A stretch of DNA of 64,000 bases from Octopus sinensis. Lineage: Eukaryota. The translations under genes and the position numbers were made by a program. The stretch covers positions 77,934,001 to 77,998,000 of the forward strand of contig NC_043003.1 of assembly GCF_006345805.1 (NCBI RefSeq), read 5' to 3'. Each line of letters opens with the position of its first letter. Positions within the stretch are counted from its first letter, which is position 1. Positions 46,891 to 60,447 of the stretch are shown here, one piece after another. The notes below the pieces were generated by a model. That model had not been told where the DNA came from and made no database searches. It was given only the letters and a program-made list of their open reading frames with translations.

Positions 46891-48103
46891 CAGGGTGTCC
46901 CAAAATTTAGGCAACCAACTTTTTTCAATTTTGCCAAAGCAAAATATTGTTATATTTCAGGTCAGAGCATTGCAGTGCAATGGTGAAGGAAACACAATTA
47001 TGACACTACCGCGTTTATTCGATATGACCACAACTGTTTCAAATTACAGCTTTAAGTCTAGGTGTGAAAGCTTCACATGTGGCACACAGCTGTTTTTGTT
47101 TTTTTTTGTAGAATCAAAGCTCATTCCTGGTGCACTTTTACCTTCAGAGCATTTAGCAAAGCATGAGGAGTGCTCAAGACCCTCATCTCCAGGCTGGACC
47201 AAACAGAAAAATCCAACATCCTTCCTATGAACAATGGAATATTTTTCTGAATCTAGTGTTACGTCTGTTTGGAGCTGTGGGATGGTGCTGAGTCCTGTTG
47301 GAGGCTCCAAGGTGCACCTTGAAAGTGCTCATTCATTCATGAAAGCAGTTCAGCTTCCAGAAGGCTGCTAATGTATCGCTCGGTGTTAATTTTAACACCC
47401 AAGGACACAAAAACAAGGGGAGACCTTCCAGCGGCTATCACAGCCACCCAAACCATAACTGACTGTAGATTTAGATGTCAATTTACAAGTCTACCCTCGA
47501 CAGAGCCAGATACACCCCAAAGTCAGTCATTCTGGTGGTTTACAGTTTGTTCAATGTCAAATTCCTTTTCATCAGTGAACACCAGGTTGGGCAGTGTACC
47601 TTCAGTAATCTGACGCATGATAAAACAACCTCTCTCCAGTCTCAAGGCCTTATAAACTTGCTAGCTCATGAAGGTGAATCATCTTGTAGGGGTAGTTTCT
47701 GAGATCTTCCTTCAGCACTCAGTACATTGATGTTCAACTTAACTTTGCTGTGGCAGCCAGTTTTCTGACAGAACAATGAGGATTTCACCATATCTTTTCT
47801 CTGGTACTTTTGATAAGCTGAGGGATCCATGAGTCTCTTGAAATTTCTTGACAATTTTCCAAACTGTTGTTCGATTAATTTTAAGCTTTTGCTATAGCTG
47901 TATTACTTTTGCCTCCTTTGTGGAGGGTTATGATTGTATATCGGTCTACAGCCATTATTTAATCGATAAATCTGAATTTATTTAGTCTGAATCAAAACGA
48001 CACACTAAGCTTTTATAATGATGTATAATTTTCATATCTTATCACATTTATTCATAGTTATTATAGCCCGAAACATCAGCTGTCTTAATTTTTGAACACC
48101 CAG
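46891..48103 (-). mobile_element. Full-length decayed Tc1/mariner-superfamily transposon (maT/DD37D-like), 1213 bp
   Basis: TA TSDs; TIRs cagggtgtcccaaaatttaggc / ctgggtgttcaaaaattaagac; fragments DEKEFDIEQTVNHQNDRLW, WAAVTAAGRSPLVFVSLGVKINTERYI, QQDSAPSH, DFSVWSSLE. Confidence 0.8.
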
Positions 48104-48144
48104 TATATATTCTTTCTCTCTCTCACACACACACACACACATAT

Positions 48145-48900
48145 AAAATCATCATCTTTTAACGTCCATTTTTCATGCTTGCAAGGGTCAGACACTTCAA
48201 GAGGAGCTGGCAAGTCAGAGGACTGCCTCAAGTTTCAATGTCTACTTTGTCTTGGTTTCTACAGCTGAATGCCAACCACTTTAGAATATACTGGGTGTTT
48301 TTTTATATCGCCCTGACACTGGTGAAGTCACCAAGTAACTGACAAGACAAAATCCTCAACTAAGTAAGGAGAGTAGTATTTATGCCAGATTTTGAAAGGT
48401 TAAAGTATTATAAAGGGACAGAAGCAGGTATCTTGGTGGGGATGGGGGAGACATACATACAAGCACACAGAGAACAACTTTTCTTTCAAATACATTAAAA
48501 TCATGAATAGAGATCAGTACTTTTTTTAGGCAGCTGTTTTCATCCATGTGCATCACATGACCACACCAGCACAGTCTTCTCTCTTACACATCTGATGCCT
48601 CTTATACACATTTTTTCTTTCAAACACATTTACATTTTCTTGTACATGCTCACTGACATTTCATCCTTTGCATATCCTCTACATTCACAGTCTACATTTC
48701 ACTACAATGTAGCACAACTGTTCATACACAGGCCTCATACAATCTGCCTTTCACTCCAAAGGCAGTAGCTCTTTGAATTTTGTCCAGCCCATTCTTATTC
48801 CGCCAACTACACTTTCAGAGCATCCTCCACCACAGCTAATTTGGTCACCTATGTAACAGAAATTATTAACTACCGCTTCAGATCCCCATGGATTTTTGAG
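48145..48900 (-). mobile_element. RTE-type LINE fragment (RT C-terminal region plus family C 3' UTR)
   Basis: VVNNFCYIGDQISCGGGCSESVVGGIRMGWTKFKELLPL; followed by family C sequence at 48145-48330. Confidence 0.65.
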
Positions 48901-49184
48901 GTAATCTATTTCCTGTATGTCATAAGTGTTTATTGTTCTTACACATCTGCTTCACACAAAGACTACTTTCTCTCCTGACCTTCCTTTAACTCCACTGCAC
49001 CTCTTATGCATCCATAGTTTGCACAAGGTACACTATTTGGAATTACCACTTACAGCTTTTCTACCTATTGTGTAGGGTCATTTCCCTGAAGGAATTAGTA
49101 ATTTGTCTACTTTCCTGCTTAATAAAAGAAAACCTTGAACAAAATTTTTTTTTCTGTTTTTTTTCTATTCTAGGCGCAAGGCCT

Positions 49185-49548
49185 GAAATTTTTGGGGAGG
49201 GGTCCAGTCGATTAGATCAACCCCAGTACACAACTGGTACTTAATTTATCGACCCTGGAAGGATGAAAAGCAAAGTTAACCTAGGAGGAATTTGAACTCA
49301 GAACGTAAAGACAGACGAAATACCTATTTCTTTACTACCCACAAGGGGCTAAACTCAGAGAGGACAAACAAGGACAGACAAATGGATTAAGTCGATTATA
49401 TCGACCCCAGTGCATAACTGGTACTTATTTAATCGACCCCGAAAGGATGAAAGGCAAAGTCGACCTCAGCGGAATTTGAACTCAGAACATAGTGGCAGAC
49501 GAAATACCGCTGAGCATTTCACCCGACATGCTAACGATTCAGCTCGCT
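49185..49548 (-). mobile_element. SINE family A tandem dimer
   Basis: Same dimer junction as 34455-34490. Confidence 0.85.
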
Positions 49549-51565
49549 GCCAAAAAAAAATTTTTGAACAAAATATTTTATTGAAACCATCATTAGCCAA
49601 AGTGATTCTGTTCCATGAGGACTTTTGTAGCAAATTCATGTTTGTTTCTGTATACTAATGATGTGCATTGAAACAGAAATGTTTGTTCACAGTTGACCTC
49701 CTGTTTCCAGAAAAAAAAAATGATTGTGTTTTCCATAACGGCATAGTAATTCAAGAAATTGATTATTTATCCCTTGAGATACTCAACTCTTCTCACTTGG
49801 AGTCAGTGCTAATCCCTCTCCCAACTGAATACTGTCACCTGGTGTCTTGAGTGCTTTTAGAAGATCTCAGTCTATTGCAAGGATTTTGGCCAGAGGATAA
49901 ATCCTTCCTACTAGTTTTGGGAGCCCTATAAAGGGTCATGGATAGTCTTCCCTCTTCACTGAAAGATGTAAAAAAAAAATTTCACTAGGTATTCATTTGC
50001 CTTCTCTCAAAGATAATTTTAATAAATAAAGAATTTATCTTTGGTCTGGAAGAGTCCTGTGCCAGTGCCACATAAGAAGTGCTCATACCAGTGTCACATT
50101 AAATCCACCCAGCACACACTGTAGTAACTGGTGTTAGGAAGGGCATCCAGTCATAGAAACCAAGCCAAATCTGACTAGAAGCTGGTGCAGCTCTCCAGCT
50201 TTCCAACTCTGGTCAAACTGTCCAACCTATGCCAGTATAGAAAACTGATGTTAAAGGAGCAGGATGATATTTGTTTCTATTATGTAGCTAGTTGACTTTG
50301 TGCAACAATAAAAAACCTATTTGTTTGGTTTGTGATAAGAGATTAGTAATGGCATTGTTCAAGCAAGAGTCCTAAAGTGAGTATAGTTTGACCTCTTTCC
50401 ATTGTATACAAACATAACCTATTTTGTATGTGTTGTTGCACACATATTTTTTGTTATTGTTTGTTTCTGATATCATTGCTATAATACAAAAGATTCATAT
50501 TGGTATAAGGGGATAATGTCACCATAATAATGTTTGACAGCAAGCACATGAATGTGATCAACACCACTTTAAGGGTTGATGAGGCTGTGGCAGGGGTCAA
50601 AACCATCCAGAAAAAGCTGATGGATCTACATCTCAGCCACTGGAGAAACACATTCTTGCAGCCCAATAGTGTTGTGAGGCACTTGATGGACAGATCAATT
50701 AAATTAAATTACTAGGGGTCTGAGCATGCCACATCTCCAGCAATTTTTTGATGGTATACATTTGATGGTGATGGTCACCATTTGTTAAATATGTTTTTTC
50801 ACAACTAGTCTCTTTATCAGAACTGTAATTCTGGATCAAACAAAACCTGAGACAGGATACCTGGCACTTGGAGTGCTGTCAGATGTAATATGTAGGTAGA
50901 AGTTCCACATCAGAGTTCTATATCAGATTATTGGCAGGTAAAAGTAACAACATTCTCAGGGAAATTCAGGGTGTTGTTATAAATCCACAGGCTGGTTTGT
51001 TCCAGAACTTTGGGGCTGGGGTCCATTGATAATTTCCAGAAATTTGTGACTTAGTAGTTCTATAAGTATACATTGTTGCTTTGAGATAAAGTCTACAGAC
51101 ACAGAAGTGCTGTCAGCTGGATGTAGCCAAAAAGTGCACAGAGCAATGGAACCATCCTGCATGCATTTGTCTAATGCATTAACACAAATGATTCGTTGAA
51201 TTATATCAGACAGCTGCTATCAGCTAAATCCAATGTAAAGATTGTTTTGCCACTTTCCTTTGGATGAGAAGGGCATGCAGGTTTCATCTGTCTGGAGGCT
51301 TTGGCAAAAAAAAGTGTATGGTGAACCAAATTGAAAGGGCTGAATTCCAAACACTTTATTTTCAGACCAGTCTCTCATCAACTTTTACTTAAAAATGACA
51401 ATGAAGGTGCAGAGTGCTACTTCCCAGCAAATTTATTGAAAGGTAGATGAGAATGGTAAGCATGGTATGAAAGAATGCATCTAGACTGGAGGACAACTGG
51501 GGTCGATGTAATCAATTAGTTACCAATCCCAAAATTTCAAAGCTTTGTGTCTATAGTAAAAAAGA

Positions 51566-51733
51566 TTAGGCGTAACTTCGGTATAGGTACCAGAAGTACC
51601 GGATACATTTCAAGAAAGTGTTTTTTATATATATGTTAGGGTTAGGGGTGGGAGAAAAGGGTTTCTGTTATCTTCAGAAATGTAAACAAAGCCACTTCCG
51701 GTACTTACGGTACCTATACCGAAGGATCGCTAA
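51566..51733. mobile_element. MITE with ~35-bp TIRs and internal ttagggttagggg
   Basis: cttcggtataggtacc..aagtaccgga / tccggtactt..ggtacctataccgaag. Confidence 0.75.
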
Positions 51734-52740
51734 AGATTATTATTAAATAGAACTGTGGATTAGCAGAATTGTTAGTGTGTTGGAAAGAAAAGAAAAAAGC
51801 TCAAATTCTGCCGAGGTCACCTTGCTGTTCAACCTTTCGGGATCGAAAAATAAAGTGCCGGTCTAGTACTAGAATCAATGGTGTTGACTAAACCCCCGCC
51901 ATCAAAATTATTGGCTTTGTGCCAAAATCAAAACCAATTATGATTATTATCGTTCAAGTATTTAATAATTTATATTCCATCAACAACAAAAATCATTCAA
52001 CAATACTTGAAAAAAATAAAACAATAACAATATAGAAATTAATAGCGACAATAATAATTGAAATAAAATATCTGGTTTGGTACCATAATTGTTCCCAGCT
52101 GCCCGAAGCCCTAAAAAATAAGTTACCCTTTCCTGATTAAGCGGTAAAAATACGGGCAGCCCGAATCTTTTGCTTAAATCCTATTTACGGAAAGATATTG
52201 AAAAAACATCAATACGTCAGTGACAAACAAACGAGGGGGGTTTGGGTAGTCGCGAGAGGGGCAAAAAACAACCCTTAAATCACGCAAAGAAAATCTTTTT
52301 TGTTTTTGCATAATTGTATGAATACCAGCGTGTAGAATGCAATTTCGCAAACATTTTCTGAAAATACTGAAAAATTAAAAACTTATGAGTGGTTATGTGG
52401 AGTGCTTAAAGCAGGAAACCGCCAACGTGATAATATATATAATCGGTGGTGTTTTGATCTTTGTCCCAGCAATACATACATATCAATTACGGCTTAGTGT
52501 AATTGAACTAGTAAGAGAAGTAAAGCAACAAACAAATGAAGTCTGTCTGGTTTGTGATAAGAATATTTTGACAAAGCTCTATTGTTCATGAAGACAACGC
52601 CCAGTATAGATAGTTTACTTTCGTTTCACGATTCATCAGAATTATCCAACTGTAATACTTTATGTAATAACACAAAGACAATGTTATATATTATATTTAA
52701 CCATTAGCGAAATCACAGATGCATAAAGTCATGCAATAAA

Positions 52741-52832
52741 ATAAGTACAAACCTTTTGCGCAGCAACTTGTGACCGTGTAATGACTATAAGTACAAACCG
52801 TTTGCGCAGCAACTTGTGACCGTGTAATGACG
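52741..52832. repeat. 46-bp tandem duplication
   Basis: ataagtacaaacc(t/g)tttgcgcagcaacttgtgaccgtgtaatgac(t/g) twice. Confidence 0.95.
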
Positions 52833-55712
52833 ACAAGTTAAACAAGTTTCTCAAGTTATGCACCCTTGTGTCTTTAATAAATCTGAATTTGCGTAGGTGT
52901 TTTTATAACTTTATGTGTGCGTGAGTTTATATACACGCGGCGAGCACTTGTATATAACCGATAACTGACTCAAATTTAAAATAGATAGAATGATAGATAG
53001 ATAGATTTGTTGAGTACCGGGTGAATAGTTATTTTAGGTATTCATTTAAAAATATAAACGTTTAAAATGAGGTGACTAAAAATGATAGCTAAGATTGTTA
53101 AAAAGGAAAAGTGGAGAGAAAGAGGAATATCTGAAAATCCGTTAGGTTAGGTCTGGTTGAAGTATTCTATTATCAGATCTTGATTTGGGAGTTGTGTCCC
53201 TTGCAGAGTTGACAGAATCGTTAGCACAACGAACAAAATGCTTAGCCACATTTATTCCGGGTTTTGTGTTACGAGTCCAATTTCCCCCTGAGCTCGACTT
53301 TGCCTTCCATCCTTTTGGAGTCGATAAAATAAGTACCGGTTGTGCATTGGAGTCGATGTAATCGACTAGCTTCCCTTAAATTTCTTGTGTCTATAGTAGA
53401 AGGAAAAACAAATTATGGAGCCCACTCATATGGAATCCTGTCCAACATAATAGAATAAGCAGTCAAATACGATATTTTTTCGTTTTATGACCATTACATA
53501 AAGTGGAAATATTAATACTATTCAGTGTTGACGAGTAGGCTGCCTGCCCCCCGCTTTTTTTTTTTTACTCCTCAAAAAATTTCTTTGAATTCTTGATGTT
53601 TTCAGCAACGGAGATTGCGACTTCCACCACCACAATGCTTTTGCTTTTAACTTTCTTTGATTTCTTTTATTTAATTCTACGCTTAAAAATACGGAGATTA
53701 TGAATCTGATTTTTTATTTTCTTTTGTGTTTAATTCTAATTTTCCATTATTTTGTTATAAACATGAAAGAAATTATTGACAAGTTTACAAAAGGATCTCA
53801 GCATGGTCACCCAATCAGCAAGAAATAGTAGTTGGACTTCACCCATTCTAGAGATCTCAGACTAAATAGACAAATGTCCTTCAAGCGACTGTCACCCCAA
53901 CGTCTTAAATAAATGGATACATTCAGTAACATTCTCCAAGGTACACTGATTACTGGGAGAAGGTCAAAATGTTCATAGTTGTAACGTCATTAATTGTAGG
54001 CCTGTAGGCCTACTGGATCAGGTCTGACTTGGGGTTAAACAATAATATGATATTCTATTTTTCCACTACCTAGTTTAGAAAATTCTTATTCCTACCAAAA
54101 CACGATATCGCAGTTTTTTATTTTTTATTCTATGAAGCTATGTTCTTTTACCAGCCAGCCAGCCAAAGCATCGAAGTTTTAAAGAATAGCCGAGTGAGTT
54201 TTAACATACCTGATCGATCGAGTCAAGCTAAAAAAAAGTTTCAGTAATAAGAATCACGTTAGGGTTAATAAGAAAGAAAGCGTCAATAAAATTAGTCCTT
54301 TAGGAAAGGGGTGACAACTCCCAAATATGACGGCAGCAGAGCAAAGTTGGCGAACTGGCAGAATCGTTAGCAAGTCGGGCGAAGTGCTTAGCAGCTTTTC
54401 ATCCAGCTTTGCGTTTTAAGTTCAAATTTCGCCGAGGTCGACTTTGCTTTCATCTTTTCGGGATCAATAAAATAAGTATTGGTTGAATACTGGGATCAAT
54501 GTAAACGAATTACTCTCTCCACCAAAATGCTGGCCTTATACCAAATTTTGAAATTAATATTTATTAGTTTAATCTGATCTTTAGCAAGTATAATAATAAT
54601 TCCAGACATGCTTGAATGATGTTCTTATGTAATTTTTTTTAAAGAATTCCCTGCTCATTTGTAGAAGACTGTGAAAGTGTCAAATTATTGTCAAATACTC
54701 TATTGGTAGTGTTATGTCATTTTGTAGTTAGACTGATCAATAAATCTAAAATTAATTCAACAATTGATTTACCCCAGAAATTCCATAACATATCACCAGG
54801 CATTGCTGAGTGGTTAAAAAGTTAGCTTAGCAACTATATGGTTCTAGGTTCAATTTCATTGTACAGCATCTTGGGTAAGTGTATTTTACAATAGCTTTGA
54901 ATTGAGCAAATCTTTTTGAGTGAAATTTGTTAAATGGGATCTATGAGGAAACCCTTGTGAGTGGCTGATTCAGTTGCAGTTTAAAGTTATACCCAGGACA
55001 TATGTCCTCTCCTCCTAATTAATTAATTAATTAAAATTCAAGAGTCACAAATTAATAATAAAAATTCGATTGAAAAGCAAACTTAATTTAAGACACAATA
55101 CTGGACAAAATTATTGACAAGTTGACAAAAGGATCGCTGCATGGTCAACCAATCAGCAAGAAATAGTAGTTGGACTTCACCCATTCTAGATATCTCCGAC
55201 TAAATAGAAGGAATGGTCACAGTTGGAATCTTTTTGACAATAGGTTTTCTTGATCAGGATTATCCAGAGGTTAAGCAGTAACATTAAACAATAACAATAG
55301 CAACTAGATCTTAAATCTTCAATTCAATAACATTTCAAGTGTTATATTATGTATTTAGGTTTGGATGTGTGTTCAATTCTCAATCACATAATTCCAGGTT
55401 TAGTCCTGCTGCATGGACCTTTGGACAAGTGTCTGTCACTATAACCATAAATTGATTTCGAATTTTGGCACAAGGCCAGCAATTTCAGAGGTGGGGCTAA
55501 GTTGATTACATTGACCCCAGTGCTCAGCTGGTACGTATTTTTATCGACCACGAAAGGATGAAACGTAAAGTTGACCTCGGAACATGAAGACAGACAAAAT
55601 GCTTGCTGGCATTTTGTCCAGCTTGCTAATGATTCTGCCAGCTCGCCACCTTACACTATAACCATACATTGACCAATACTTCATGAGTAAATTTTCATTT
55701 AAAGAAATTATG

Positions 55713-55745
<33 letters not shown>

Positions 55746-55972
55746 TTAGTCATGTAAGAAAGTCACTTCAAAACCAAATACTTAAGGTAAATTCCCACTG
55801 AGTGGATACTGTTGGCTGATGTTTTCTGCTATAGCCATGGGCTAAGCAATATCATATGAGCAAAATTTGGTGGATGGAAACTAGAATAAGCCTGTTGTGT
55901 GTGTGTGTGTGTGTGTGTGTGCTTTCTGTTTCCCTTGTTTTCACATATGCATGCTATTTGTAGAAAAAGTCA

Positions 55973-56220
55973 CATCATCATCGTTTAACGTCCGTTTTCC
56001 ATGCTAACACAGGTTGGACGGTTCGACCGGGGTCTGGGAAGCCAGGAGGCTGCACCAGGCTCCAGTCTGATCTGGCAGTGTTTCTACAGCTGGATGCCCT
56101 TCCTAACGCCAACCACTCCGTGAGTGTAGTGGGTGCTTTTTACGTGCCACCGACACAGGTGCCAGGGGAGGCTGGCAGCGGCCACGATCGATTGGTGCTT
56201 TTTTATGTGCCACTGGCACC
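55973..56220 (-). mobile_element. Family C (RTE 3' UTR) element, young copy
   Basis: catcatcatcgtttaacgtccgttttccatgct... with two ggtgctttttacgtgccacc units. Confidence 0.85.
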
Positions 56221-56579
56221 TTCATACAAAATCAGAGCTGTTGGCTTACAACAAATTTATGAAAGCATATCCTGCCATTGAGCTGTTCACAGTTCAAAAG
56301 ACAAAGAGAAATATCATTTTACTTGAAGGCAGGTACACAGAGACAGAAAGAATACCTGGCTGTCAAAATATCTCCTTCAGCAACACTTTGCCAACTCATG
56401 CAAGCCTGGAAAGATGACATCAAAACAATTGTATATGTGTACATGTGTAAAGTGTTAAATCCTAAAGCTATGCAAGTTATTTGCTCTAGTTCTCTGAAGC
56501 TACTAGATTTGTTTTGTAAATAAGCAGATTGGCCACTTGTTTCTCTGAAATTATCCAAGTGATGTAGACACTCTGATGA

Positions 56580-57080
56580 GATCCCAATAAGAATTATACA
56601 CAGTGTGCAAGAGAGGAGACTGTGATGATTTCGTCTTGTGATATGGATGGATGAGGACAGTTGCATAAAGAGTGCTGATCACCTAATGTGGGGGGAAGTT
56701 GTGGAAGAGTGAGACCCAGGAAGACATGGGACAAAGTATTAAAGGCTGATCTCAAAAGGGTGAGCCTTATAAAGGCAATGACAGAGGGCCATAATATATG
56801 GTGCATTGCTGTACTCAAGAAGACCCACCCACCACAATAGAATTGAGATCCTAAAAAGTGTTGGTGTGGGTGCTGGTGCCATGTAAAAAGCACCCAATAC
56901 ACTCTGTAAAATGGTTGGTGTTAGGAAGGGCACTCGGCCTTAGAAACCAACCCAAAATAGACTATGGAATCTGGTACAGCTCCTGGCCTTACCAGATACT
57001 GTTAAATTGTCCACCCCATACTAGCATGGAAACAGAGGTTAAATGATGATGACGATGATGATGATGATGATGATGATGAT
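56580..57080 (+). mobile_element. RTE-type LINE 3' end: ORF C-terminus, family C UTR and (GAT)n tail
   Basis: VQERRL...MDEDSCIK...GRVRPRKTWDKVLKADLKRVSL followed directly by family C sequence. Confidence 0.8.
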
Positions 57081-57654
57081 GTACCCTCAGTCATGCAGTT
57101 ATACCTAAGGAAAGTGAATGTTAAATAATAATGATGATCTTAGGGTTTAGTGCTGGAACTTGATTAAGAGGAAGAGGTAGTGTTCATGACCTTTCTAGCT
57201 TCTTAACTGGTCAGATTGATACAATTTATGTTCAGCAAGAACATCTGTAAGCTGGCCTTTGAAAAGTACATAGATGGGTGGAAGAACTTCCAGAAATGCA
57301 GGATACTTTTTTTTTTCTGCTGTAAGGATGGATTCAGCAAAGTGATTAATATTAGCCTAGCAGGATGTGACAAAAACTGAAGTTAGATCCAGCATCCTAA
57401 GATCAGATCACACTATGTCCACAACTTCCTTGAGTGTGTTTTCTTCTTCTGAAGCCAGGACACATTTTTTTCTCTGTCATCATGTTGCATATCCATTGTA
57501 TTTCCATATCAATAAAAATTTTAAAAAGCAACATCATTTGTTTTCTCATTACTACCATTATTTCAAGTACTTAGGTTGATGTAATCAGCTTACATCCATT
57601 AAACATTGTTGGCCTTAGACATAAATTAATAATTATCATTATCATAACACTCAT

Positions 57655-57801
57655 TATCTTACACTCTCGGAGTGGTTGGCGTTAGGAAGGGCATCCAGCT
57701 GTAGAAACACTGCCAGATCTGACTGGCCTGGTGCAGCCTTCGGGCTCCCCAGACCCCAGTTGAACTGTCCAACCCATGCTAGCATGGAAAGCGGACGTTA
57801 A

Positions 57802-57839
<38 letters not shown>
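57655..57839 (+). mobile_element. Family C short 3' copy with (GAT)n tail
   Basis: acactctcggagtggttggcgttaggaagggc...gcggacgttaaatgatgatg. Confidence 0.85.
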
Positions 57840-57939
57840 AACTTAATTAGATGTAATATTATTGCTTTTATTTCATTAAACTTATATGTTCAGTTGTCAA
57901 ACTAAATGGCCACCTCTTGGAATCTTTCAGTATTGAAAG

Positions 57940-59761
57940 CTTGGTACACCAAGGATGACCATTCTCCCTGCTTTTATATATTTTAGCTTTAGAACCCTTG
58001 CTGCAAAGGATAGAGAATTTGAGGGGTATCCCACTGGAACTAGGTTACAGGAGAGCTGTCATATCTGGATGACATCACTGTCATGGTGTTGGACTCTTCA
58101 GACATAGAAAAGATCAACGCTATACTGAAAGAATATCAGGAATGAGCAGGAGCATTCATAAACCAAAATAAGTCAGTAGGTCTACAACTAGATTCTTGGA
58201 GAAGCAAGTTGACTAGTTGTGATTTCTGTTGTTGGATAGAGGGTCTGGTGAAAGTGCTCAGAGTCTGATTCAGACCAGAACTCTAGGTAGCTAGGAACTG
58301 AAAAGAGGTCATGACTAGGGTGGCCAAGCTCACCCAGAAATGGGCAGAAAGGAAGTTGTCTCTGAAAGGCCGGGCAGAAGTAGTGAATGTATATATCAAC
58401 TCAGTAGTGAACTACTGCTTAATCATTGTATCTTGTCCTAAGAAAACTCTGACCAGATTGAAGCACTTGCTCTTCCAATTCTTATGGAAGTCAGGTTTCA
58501 CTGGTCAGAAAATTCATTTGCAGTCAACACCCACACCGTGGTGGTCTTAAGATGCCATCCCTAATGATGCAGAGCCATGCTTTGAGGCTGTCGCATCTAT
58601 AGAAGTATCTCAATCACTGTGACAATGTGGACAACAACGAAAATAAGGGTGAAATGGTGTGAGCGTCTTTTGTGTGACATGTCTTACTGCAGTTCAACTC
58701 ATTGACAGAGCTGCAGTCATGGGTCAAACGTAGACCAAGGCTAGTTTGTCATCTAGTATGTTGCCAGGTGCTCACTACATTGTACCAGCTGCCCAAAACC
58801 ATTAGCAGGAAAACAACCCAAGATTTCTATAGAAGGCTAGTTGAGGGTATGAGTGATGATAGCCTAGGATTGAATCTAGGTATCGATGAGAACAGTGTGA
58901 GCAGTTTCTTTCAGAGGACCTTTGGGTTGAAGATCATAGACAATTTCCAAAAGTCTTTGGCTTAGCAGTGCAACAGAAGGGCACTGCCCACCAATTCGAG
59001 ACAAGCTCTTCAGTCATGGAAGTGCCAACAGCCAAACCTGCCCAAGATGCTTGCAGTGGGACAAAACTGTCTTGCATGATATTATTCAGTTGTCCATGCA
59101 TTAGAGAGTTGTGTGATTGTGTGGAGCTGGTGTTGTCACATCTAAGACAAATTCAGCTGTCTGCTGAGTATATAGTGAAGATCAACACACCACCTTCCTT
59201 TAGCAGAGAAGGAAGGCAGATTTTTCTCTGCTAAGTGGTTGTGGCAAAAGTGTTTGTGTGGTGTACCCATCTGAAAGGTTTGAAGACAGGCACATTCCTA
59301 TCTGGTTTAGCCCTCATCAATTTCTTCAAATATCATTTGAAGAGGAAGGTGAGGATAGAGAGGGAGGTACTGCCTTCTAGTGTGTTTATCAAAAGGTGGA
59401 CGACAGTGGTATTACTGGTGAGGCTGAATGGATTTACTGAGAATATGCTTTTCTAAGCAGAAGGAAAGAAACTGGAAGAGGGGTACTTTCCCATGCCTGA
59501 GAGATGGCAGAGTAATCCAGGATTTTTGTGTAATCTTGGATTTTACTCCAGACTATGCTAAGTGGACTGCCCCGCTATGGGGAATTCTATTTATTTATTT
59601 AATATTAATTCTCTACTTTCTATTATATATTCTCTATTATCTCCTTTAATGTGGTATTATCTCCACTTGATTAATGTTAACCAATTGTAATTTTTTGTGT
59701 TGTAATTTGTCCTTCAATATTGTCCTCCATGTCTTATGCCCTTGTGGCCAATAAAAGAAAT
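57940..59761 (+). mobile_element. 5'-truncated, decayed Tx1/L1-like LINE (RT, C-terminus, 3' UTR)
   Basis: LYILALEPLLQR, YLDDITV, WAERKLSLKGRAEVVNVYI...FQFLWK, YHLKRKVRIEREVL; ends aataaaagaaat followed by (TTA)n. Confidence 0.85.
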
Positions 59762-59827
59762 CATTATTATCATTATTATTGTTGTTGTTGTTGTTATTTT
59801 GTTGTTGTTGTTGTTGTTATTATTATT

Positions 59828-60244
59828 GCCTTTGCATAGCTTCTAATGCTGGAGATGTACTAAGGTGTCAGCTGTTCACTACCAGTGAACTAAGATAACA
59901 CCTCTTATTTTTCGAGCACCTTCTGGAGTATTCAAGCAGTTCCAAGCAGTGCTGTTTTCTGTAAGTGCTCCACCCTTATTGCAGCCCCTATCTGTTCCAC
60001 ATACTTCTTGAGATTTTTGCTCACTGTTCCCAGGGCTCCAACTACTACTGCTACCTTTTTCATCAGCCAGAGCTGTTTAACTTACCAAGCTAACCTGTCA
60101 TATCTCTCAACTTTTCTTTCTTCCTTATCGCATACCTTGTTGTCAGCGGGGCATGCTATATCTATGATCCAGCATAGTTTGTTTTCTTTTTCAATTAAGA
60201 CTATGTCCGGCTTTTTCCTTCTCAATTAAGACTATGTTTGGCTT
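59828..60244 (-). mobile_element. R4/Dong-clade 3' fragment inserted in a (TTA/TTG)n tract
   Basis: PDIVLIEKENKLCWIIDIACPADNKV...RYDRLAW...LQKTALLGTA; microsatellite at 59762-59826 and 60245-60352. Confidence 0.85.
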
Positions 60245-60447
60245 ATTATTATTACTGCTATTATTATTATTGTTGTTGTTGTTGTTGTTGTTGTTGTTCT
60301 TGTTATTACTATTCTTCTTATTATTATTACTATTATTATTATTATTATCATTATTTCATTAGACTTATTCCATTCCTAGTTTTACTCTCAGATCACTTTT
60401 GCTCTGTTGTTCATGTATGCTGGCACTACACATCTAGTGGAGCATGT

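Noticed and set aside
50430-51200. Coding-like unique stretch
   Set aside because: All frames are interrupted and I recognise no motif.
52615-52640. ctgatgaatcgtgaaacgaaag on the minus strand as a hammerhead
   Set aside because: Helix II cannot pair properly next to GAAA, and there is no helix I or cleavage triplet.
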